DNA of 61,554 bases, filler included, from Gonapodya sp. JEL0774 (taxonomy: Eukaryota): assembly GCA_027604505.1 (NCBI GenBank). It is 6 parts of 6 records of this genome, joined end to end, with 100 filler letters (N's around TTAATTAATTAA, not from the genome) between each part and the next. Parts side by side here need not be neighbours in the genome. Positions count along the whole stretch, not along the records: positions 51,436 to 61,554 come from JADIIX010000390.1; 5 more parts are not named here. One strand, written 5' to 3'. The stretch's first letter is position 1. Every line of letters begins with the position of its first letter. The position numbers and the translations under genes were made by a program. Positions 52,935 to 61,554 of the stretch are shown piece after piece. The notes under the pieces are model-generated. The model did not search any database, had not been told where the DNA came from, and saw only the letters and a list, made by a program, of their open reading frames with translations.

Positions 52935-55199
52935 CTTTGGTGGAGGCACGACAGTTGGAGGAGGAGGACAAGGTGAGAAGGGACTAGAGCGTCTACATTA
53001 CCAGACTACTAGGGGAGAGTAGAAACACGCAAATTGAGATACAACGCACAATTCACGTCAAGTTCGGTTTCGTTGTTGGCTATGTCTTGCAGCACCTCGG
53101 TTAAAGCACCTGCCCCGGCAGCTCTGCTTGTGTCTCTGGGAGCTTCCAATAGCAGGTTCGCTATTGTGGAGGCCTCGCGTTAGTACCCAGTGAATTGTGT
53201 GGTGTCTGCCAACTCACCATATTTCCAAGTCTCCAGATCTTTCTCCGATAAAATTCTGGCGGGATCGTCTTCCGGCAGCGTCTTCTCCCGGATATGGTGT
53301 ACACTCTTCAGAAGGGCCATTGCAAGTTCTAACTGCCCTTGGGAAAAGTACGCTCTTGCGAGCGCGTGCTGGGCAGCCAGCAGATCTGGATGGTCTTTCG
53401 AGAGGACTCGTTTCCTAGCAGCAACGACGAGTTTGAGCATGTCCACTGCCTTGTCTACTTGTCCGGTATACTCGTAAGCGAGGGCAAGCTCTTGCTGCGC
53501 CTCTAGCATAGAAATGTCCTGTTGTGTAAGGGCCGGATTTAGAAGACGTTGGAGTGTTTCATCCAGTTGGGCAAGCCAACTCTTTGAGGGCTTCCTGTCC
53601 CCCCCTTCTTGTTTTTGACCTTTCACCACCACAGAAAGTTGTTGTCTTCCAAAGACGCATGCTTGAAGCCATAAAACTGCTTCTGCGAATCGTCCGTCGG
53701 AGTTCAAGCACCGCCCAACCAGAAAACACAGGTCGTGTCTCGGTTCCAGCTCCTTTCCTTCACCACTTCCCAGTACCTTCACGGCGTGCGGGAGGTACTC
53801 CCTCCATCGCTCTCGATTCTCCCAATCATTGGTTGGAAATATTGAGCTGATGTGTGTGATCGCCTCTTCCATCTTTTTCGACGCAAGGCGCTGTGTGCAC
53901 AGCCAGTCCCATGCCGCCAGGTGCACGAGACGGTGGAGATCATACACTTCATCCTCTCTGTTGGTTTCCTCTGAGCGACGTGACACGAATGCGTACCCGA
54001 TGAGGGTATTGATCGCTCCTTCCATTTTCACGGCAGTCCCGGCTGTGGGCAGGATGGTTCGAGGGATGGACTTCCATTCGATACACGACATGAAGCCCAG
54101 GATGTCCGCTGCAAGGGGATTTTCTTGAGTTATCCGCTTGAACGAGACCACCCACGTTTTGGCCACTGTACTTTGGGATTTCTCGTAGTGGGTTTGGTCA
54201 TGGAAGCCTTCGCTTAGGATTTCCGTCTTCTCTTCATCCAGCATTTCCCGATATCTTTTGATTGTAATTGCATTAATATTCAGGTACGCTGCTGCTTGGG
54301 CAATTGCCAGCGGAAGGTTGGTGAGTTCTTTGAGGAGTTTTGTGGTGTTCAACTGATCCTCAAGCAATTCTTTTCTTTTGAGTGATTTCTTGAAAAACTC
54401 TACTGCCTCCTCGTCGCTCATTGCTTCCATATCAATGGTTTCAGCTCTTGCGAGGAATGTTCCGACCTTCAGAGGGCGGGTTGTGAACAGAATGAATCCT
54501 TGTTCACTCTGTGGAAGGTAGTAATCAATACCTCGACCCTGTTCGGTGTTGAACATTATCTCTGCGTCGTCGGCATTGTCTACGATCAAGAGCCACCGTC
54601 CGGCTGCATCCTCGCTCAAATATCGCTTGACAGCCTCCTTTATGTCCTCCGTTGCCCCAGTCGTATGAGAGATGCCAACTTTAATAGCCACCTCCTTGCA
54701 CGCCTGCTCAAAGCTCTCCAAACTGAGCGCAGAAAACCAGAAGATCGAGTAGTCTTGATATGTCTCCTTCACTCTGTACGCAAACTCGAGTGCAACCTGT
54801 GTCTTTCCCACTCCACCGAGTCCCACAAGAGCTGCCCTCTGACAATCCTTATCGTCAAAGAGTTTTCTGTTCAAGGTCGCGAGGACGTGATTCCGTCCCA
54901 CAAACTGTTTGTTCCTCGAAAAGGGAATGTAGTAGTGGGGTGGGGAGGAGCCAGGATTCGCATCAACTCTGGATTGAAAAGCACTGATGACATTCATGAT
55001 ATTGCAGCGGTCACAGGTACGGAAAATAAGCACGCGGAGCCTTGAATGGTGGAGCTTACCTCGAGCCTTGGTTGTTAGAGTTGCCGATGTGAACGCGGCC
55101 ACCTTCAATGTGTTGGGAGTGTATTATTATGTTGGTGACGTTACTCGTCGGTGCATGCGAATTTGGAAAGGTTTGTTGTCCATCATGGGTGGTCAGCAT
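51436..55199 (-). CDS. NLR-like receptor: N-terminal amyloid-like motif - NB-ARC - TPR - RI-type LRR array; 3' truncated
   Basis: Frame-consistent splice model: 55199-55060, 54983-53218, 53160-53050, then 84-nt exons 52934-52851, 52752-52669, 52537-52454, 52342-52259, 52123-52040, 51905-51822, 51676-51593 and partial 51481-51436. Walker A GLGGVGKT, Walker B WLLIVDNAD, ILFTTR, LPLAI, LHRLVH, kinesin-light-chain-type TPRs (HPDLLAAQHALARAY). Confidence 0.85.
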
Positions 55200-55778
55200 G
55201 GGACCGATGGTTGGGACTGGGAGGGGGGTTGGGTGGTGCCAGAGGGGGACGACAAGGATTTGTTGGAATTGAAAAGGCGCACGGTCCACACACGAGCAGA
55301 ATGGCCGAACCAACAAGGATCAAAGGTTTCTCCCGTTTGCAGTCCTTGGAAAGGGTCACGCGACTGATCCTGCTGAGGCTGACCTAAGGTGGCACAGCAA
55401 CTATGACCACCCCACATCACTCGGTGCATCAACCTCGAACGACATCATATTGACAAAACGCACCATCTTATGCCGCACTTCTCGCCTCCGCTTTACTCTT
55501 ACGACCTCCCATCGTCTTTTCTATTCGACCTGAAACCGCGCGCCCCGCTACCGTTTCCCCCGCGCACAGACCAACAATGCTTTACCCTGTCAATCTCATC
55601 GCGTCCCGCGCCAGGTTTCTGCTCTCGCCCCTAGGGAAAGAGTTGTTTCCTCTCCCGTGTGTCGCGTCTTTTGATTTTCCCGGGGAATCGCGTCGTTCCT
55701 TCGTGTCCATGGGGAACCTGCCAATCGCACAACCACACGAGTAAGTTGTCCCACTTCCCCCGCACATCTGCATCAGTG

Positions 55779-57080
55779 ATGGACTTCGTATTTCTTGGTT
55801 TCAATCCTTCCTGTCGCGTACTCAGTTTTCAACTCGGTTGGCATCATCATCCGCTGCTCCCCTACCCGGTCTTTCCGTCGTCGTTGCCTACCTCCGGAAG
55901 TCCAAGGATGAATAAAAAGGCCAGAGTGTGTCAATTGGAGCTCGAAACCATTCGTTCGCGACCTGAAACAGCGGGGCTGCGGCTTGCACCAAACGTTCTT
56001 TCAAGAAATCAAGAGCGGGGGACGGCCATCTGGTCTCTGCAAGAAGGAACGCGATGGATTTGAACGAGCTCTCACCCTCGCGTGTAGGGCCACGACGCGT
56101 CACCGGCAATCAAAAGGGGCAAGATATGAGCAATGATTACTCTAGACGATAATGGAAACGCGGGATGCATGACTGGGATCGCATCTTACAGGCTGGATCG
56201 TCTTGCTCGCGACGCATGTGTCTCCTCGGGGTAACAGAGCGTCTTCGGGCTGCAGACAAGACGTTTAATCGCGGCCACTCAACCAGAGAGATCCATGCGA
56301 CGGCTTTTCCCACATGGCTACGAGAAGACTTTGCATATTTTCTTCAACGCACTTCAGTCAGAGATGAAGGTTACGATTGCAAAGAGAGCCAAGGACAGCC
56401 AGTCTCATCTTCGACTTGCTGGTTACTGTACAGGGCTGATTGCACCGCATGGGGAAATCTGGAGTGCTGTGGATCAGACTGGTACATCGTATCGTAGCTA
56501 TTCCACGAGCGACATTCGATCTCAGGTTCTGGCGAAGGAGGAAATCCGTCGAGTGCAGGACGAGCGAGAACATCAGCAACTGAGAGAATCAGAAATCTTT
56601 CACATCATGGTTCTCAAGAAGTTCAATAGACCTTCAAGCACCTCTGAAGTTCAAAGATACCTGCCTCGATCGGAATGTATGTGAATTATCGCGGCAACGA
56701 CCCAATGGCTTGACGTGCCACTTTCGTTCGTGTAATGAAGTTCCACCTCGCCAGAATGACCAGAGACGAGCTGGATGCTCTTTCCGAAGCCGCCGATTTG
56801 CGAGCCGCGGAGTTGGAGGTCGCAAAGAAGGAAGTCGGCGTTTTCTTGCGACCGGAGTGGAGTGGATGTAATTGGAAGAAGGAGCCGCAGGGAGGGGCGG
56901 CGAATGGTGGGTGGGCAGTTCGTGTTGTTGGCGTTGCCAGAGCTTCAACATCACATCAGACGGTCTTCTGCTACCCACCTCGCGGGAACCCACCTTGGTA
57001 ACACCTATCCTACGAAATAACACAGAGTCCATTGATGCGTGAAAGGCTCGGAGGATCATTTTTGTCCACCTGAGGTGAGC
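55779..57080 (+). pseudogene. possible degenerate gene (helical N-terminus plus kinase-like remnants), divergent from the NLR
   Basis: Fragmented frames: AAPLPGLSVVVA, NKKARVCQLELETI, KEEIRRVQDEREH, GVFLRPEWSG...GWAVRVV, EPTLVTPILRN. Many stops and frameshifts. Confidence 0.25.
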
Positions 57081-58667
57081 GAACTTTGTTTTGGGGGGAC
57101 CATCGTGTGCATGTATTGTTTCAATCTACACTCTTCGTCCGGTTTTCATAGTGAATTGTCTTCATCCTTAAAGTGACCTGCATACTTATTATATAATACA
57201 TTCATAATAGATTTGGTATTCTACTATTCGACACGCGCTCCCACGGTCTCTAACGCACCACAGGAACATGGGTGCGGACGGGGGATTCAGATTTCGCCAA
57301 TTTGTGATCCCCGCTTCTATGACTCACCTCTTCCTCTCTTGCGGCACTCTTCTCGACCTTTGCGTTTATGAATTTGCGTCACGCCCAGAAGATCTTTTTG
57401 CCTGTTGTCTTGCGACCGGGGTGGGGTATGGCGCGCGGTGTTGAGTGGGTTGTGAGGTTGAGAGGACGGAGGCCAGGTGCAGTGGGCCAAGGGGGACGCA
57501 GAAGGAGAGGAGACTGAGGGGACAGCAAACGGTGATCCAACCTTCGTCCAGAGATGAGAAAGGCGGGGTGGACTCCACACGACCAGCTCGCTCATCACAC
57601 GAGGCTGTGGCGCCGAAACGTGATCTACCGCAAAAGCATATGTTCGCCCTCTGGACTGTGCACCCCAGACCTTGTCTGGGTTGAAATTGGTTCCAATTCG
57701 GAGACGTCAACAACCATTGGGACTTGGGGGCCGGTGAGTGCGGGAGGTGAGACAGACATGACGCTTAGATTTCACAGACTCCACTCACCTAGACTTTCGA
57801 TCCCACCCCATCTTTGTGTGGAGAGAACGGATCCGTTCTGGCAACCTCCCATTGTCTGACAGTGGTGTGGTTCCTCGCATGGACCCATCGCCAGCTTCTG
57901 ACCCCGCTACCCTCTCACCCCACTCAGACGCCTTAGTTCCTCAAAATCCAACACGTCTATTAAAGACCATTGCCATGCGTCCTGGAATCACTGATTACCC
58001 CCCGGAAACCCCGGTAGGCTGCAACATTTTTCTCTGCAACAAGCCCAAGTATCCCACCACATGTATCGTGGCCTGGAGTCTGCCGAGAGGAAGATTGATG
58101 AGATTCAAAGCGCGGAATTGAAAATGGTTCGGTAGAGGTGGTGGGTATTTCACGTATATTGGAAGAATCGAGAACGGCTTTAAATAAGGAAGGATGAAGA
58201 GAGGGTGAACAGAGAGGGTGAAAGTCGGAAAGGCATGTCCTGAACTTCATTACACAACAGCACAACCCCCCGAACGGCAACAATTCACTTTTTGCCTTTC
58301 ATCCCCTGATTTATTCTCTGATTTCACTGAGACAGCAAAGAAGAAGGCCGTCACTTGTGACCATGATCCAGTGACTGTCACTTCACTTGGCCATACTAAT
58401 GGGTTAGGGCATATACGCACCAGAATGGGTAGGAATAGATATCCAGATAGATTCAGCACCTTTGCGTTCCAACGGCGATCCTCTGATTGAGCAACCAGCA
58501 TGCCTTACGCATCCACCATCCGAGGCCACCAGCGTACACTAACAAATATTAATGTAGCACCAGGGCATTGACCGACTATATGAAGCAGAGTCCTGCTAGC
58601 CTCCTCAAGTGGATGCTTTTCAGCTGCTGGTCAGTGTTGGGTGTCAGCACAAGGCACATCACATGAC

Positions 58668-58868
58668 GTGCTCTCAAACGACATTGCCCACTCTTCAAGC
58701 CACCGAAAGCTATCGAAAATCATCCCTCATGTGAATGAGTGCTCAAGCACCGGAAAGCTCAGCTCCACCCCATCCCAAAGGACGGAGTGATATGCTCTCA
58801 AATGACAACACCTCCATCCCAAAAGATGGTGTGATATGCGCTCAAATGACAATGCCCACTCTTCAAGC
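58668..58868. repeat. local imperfect direct repeats (~46-bp tandem plus 30-bp flanking repeat)
   Basis: CCATCCCAAA(G/A)GA(C/T)GG(A/T)GTGATATGC(T/G)CTCAAATGACA occurs twice in tandem. CTCAAA(C/T)GACA(T/A)TGCCCACTCTTCAAGC occurs at ~58674 and ~58841. Confidence 0.7.
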
Positions 58869-59185
58869 AAGGCAAAGCATGCTGTTCGGACTCATCAGTC
58901 CCGCTGGCTGAGCGCCTCTACCTTCCCACGCCAACGCAGCCGTAACAACGGAAGTGGCCTGACCATAGACCGGACTAGGGTCTCTCTTGATGGCGAGACT
59001 TGCCCGCGACGAGTCAGCACAGCTCAGTGAGAATCCAGATGGTGATGTACCGGCGGCACGGACGAGGTGTGGTGTTGCCCGTTGGGGAGGGTCGTGGGAG
59101 CGAGGGAGGGAGGGCGAGAAGAGAGAATGGGCGGGGGCCGGCTTGCGCGGACGTGATGTGGGATGCGCTTCGGTGGGGGAACATA

Positions 59186-61554
59186 TCACTGCACGGTGAA
59201 TGACACGACTACGTGCCCAAACGGCTGTGGAGAACTCACCAGCAACCCCATCCTCCACCTCCTCCACCTTGACGTCATCCCGTCCAGAAGACCAAGCCCT
59301 CCACCCTCCTTGTTCGATTCAGACTCCGCCACGATCCCCAAGAGCGAAGAATCCAGCGAAGGGAATGGAAGCGCGGTGAGCGCACCTGATACGAGGAGCG
59401 GTGTTGGTCGGTGGAGCGGATGTTCGACATCGTCCGTGTCAGGATAAGCGAGAGGAGAATCTAAAAACATATCGGAACAAAGAAAGCAACGCGGGAAAAT
59501 GAGTACTTCCAAAATCCGGTGTGTGTCAGCACAACTAGAACAGTGGCACGTACCATCGTCCTACGAACCCCTCCTTGTCCCGGCCCAAACCATGACGGAG
59601 TACCCACATACTCATTCCCCGTTCCGTTGGCTTCCCTCCCATCCAGCCCGTCCTCGTCCATCATGTTCACACTCCCGTCACTCCTCGCTCCCCTCTTCTT
59701 GCTCTGCTTCCTCCCGTCAACTTTGCAAACGTCCACTGAAGGAAGTTCCGTTTCGGGGAGTAGAATGCCCGGGATTGGAGGTGGAGGCGGCTGTGGGGGT
59801 GGCACAGTTGTCGCCGATTGTGATACTGCTCCAGCTCCCGACACCCCGGACACTTCCAACTCAGTCCGTCCAGTGTCCACACCGGCATCCCCTTCCACAC
59901 TCCTCTCCCCATCGCTCAACCTCGGACTCGGACGCATCTTAGCCTCCACAGTCTCCCCCCCTCCCTCCATCTCACCACTGGCCTTCTGCTCCACGGCCCC
60001 GCTCCCGTTCCACCCAGCCACGAACCCCATCACCATTGTCAACGACATGAAATTGAAAGTGGACACTCCGATCCCAGCGTCCCGTACTCGCACGGACCGT
60101 GATGTTCCTCTTGGTGTGGTTCTGTAGGGACGTGATCCGTCTCGCCATCGTCGCCGTGTCTTGGGGACCATCGCCGTTGCTCCGGGGTTGGTCGGCGCAC
60201 TGGATGTGGACGTGCGCGATGGAGACGGCTACGGTTGTTTCAAATGCCCCGAAGCGCGGTACGGGAACGAGGAGGGCAGTCTGGCACCCCAGGCAATGAC
60301 CACTTGTGGGAGTAGGCGCTGACGCCACGGAGGCGTGCGACTCCTTGGACCGGCAGGGTTCGAGCGTGTTGAGGAGGGACTCGAGGATGGTGGTGCGAGC
60401 GGCGGTTGGGGTTTGTGTCGGACTGGGCGGCGTGGGTGTCTCCAGGCGTCAGTGTCAGTGTGAGATCGTCCACCCTGGCCAACTCGTCTTCATTGTCGTC
60501 ATTGTCCGTCGTGGTGGGCTCCGACTTGGTGTCACTGCTCGCCACGTTGGCCATCTGCACCAACGCCACCTGTACCAAACTACTGAGCCGGTGCTGTGGT
60601 GCCGCTCCCCCACCTCCAACACCCGACACCGTCGACGCAGACACATTCGACACAGGCCTTCTGATTACGTTCCCACCGCCGCCACCGTCGCAATGGTGAC
60701 CATGTGGGCCGCTACGGGGAACCTCGCGCCTGTGATCGTGTCTGTGTACGACGGACCCGACGGCGACGAGCCTGGCACACGCGATCGTGTCTGTGTACGA
60801 CACACCAGACTACGACGAGCTTGTCGACATGATCGAGAACAATGGACCACGATGAGCTTGTGCACACGGCCGAGGACGCTGACGCAGTGGTTGCGAGCGG
60901 GGTGAGCGAGTGGGACGAGAGGAGGGAGGCGGAGGGGAAGGGGGTCCAGGTGTTGGAAGCGGGTCGAGGTGGTGGCTTGGGTCAGCGACGCCGGGTCTGC
61001 ATCATTTGAGGATAAGGAATCAGTTGGGTAAGTCGTACACATCCACCACCAACCTGACACAGCCCACCAACTTACGCGTGGTCGTCCAACTCCATGCCTC
61101 ATCCCCCCGATTTCGTGCCCATCCCTCCCCCTCCCCCTCTCGGCAGGAGATAAGGGGGGTCGGGGTGGTTGGGGTGGTTGGGGTGGTGGGTATGGACGGA
61201 ACGTTGAAGGAGGGGGAGGAGGTGGTTAGGGAGGAGACGATGGTGGCGACAATGGATGTGTACGCCCACAAGGCGGAGGGGTTGGGGGAGGTGGTCGGTG
61301 TACGGGGCCGCACGAGGTACGGAAGCGCCGAAGCGCCGCCGACATGTTGGACTCTAGGAACCTAGACAATCCCGATCCATAGGACGACTTGAGCTGGTCC
61401 CTGTCCCTATCCACCACAACCGCGGCGCCTGCCGGGGTGGACCACGACCTTCCGTCCTTTGACAACCTCAGTTCCACCATCGCCATACTCTTAAGGTTCG
61501 GGCAACGAGGGGGGAGGGGGGGGGGGGGGACCCGAGTGGTTGGGGTGGGGACAG
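59186..61554 (-). CDS. multi-exon hypothetical protein, low complexity, 5' truncated
   Basis: Overlapping long ORFs (59186-59512, 59461-60171, 59972-60328, 60240-60803, 61020-61313) with GT-AG boundaries. No family recognised. Confidence 0.4.

Noticed and set aside
53180..55108. The 642-aa ORF taken as the complete gene
   Set aside because: It starts at TTG and reads through intronic sequence at both ends. Canonical splice sites give an in-frame model that extends in both directions.

Overview
Eukaryotic, intron-rich genomic DNA, most plausibly from an early-diverging zoosporic fungus (inferred from gene content and intron style, not proven). The window is not one locus: six unrelated ~10.1-10.2 kb contigs, sorted by decreasing length, are joined by artificial N/TTAATTAATTAA/N spacers (10223-10322, 20542-20641, 30832-30931, 41096-41195, 51336-51435). 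Ordinary genes: BTB protein, acetyl-CoA hydrolase/CoA-transferase, acyl-CoA synthetase, secreted PAN/apple protein, MFS sugar porter, thioesterase, P450, SAH hydrolase, 2OG-Fe(II) oxygenase, enoyl-CoA hydratase, C2H2 protein, F-box protein, SDR and histidine phosphatase. The standout is in the last contig: a minus-strand NLR-like gene that, spliced by hand, reads N-terminal HET-s/RHIM-like amyloid motif - NB-ARC - TPR - array of 84-nt one-repeat-per-exon RI-type LRRs with a variable ligand face. Also notable: a VIT/vWA (VWA5A-like) protein with an internal R-SNARE motif, an intron-containing bacterial-type ParA ATPase pseudogene, and a small hairpin-forming repeat sitting in introns.
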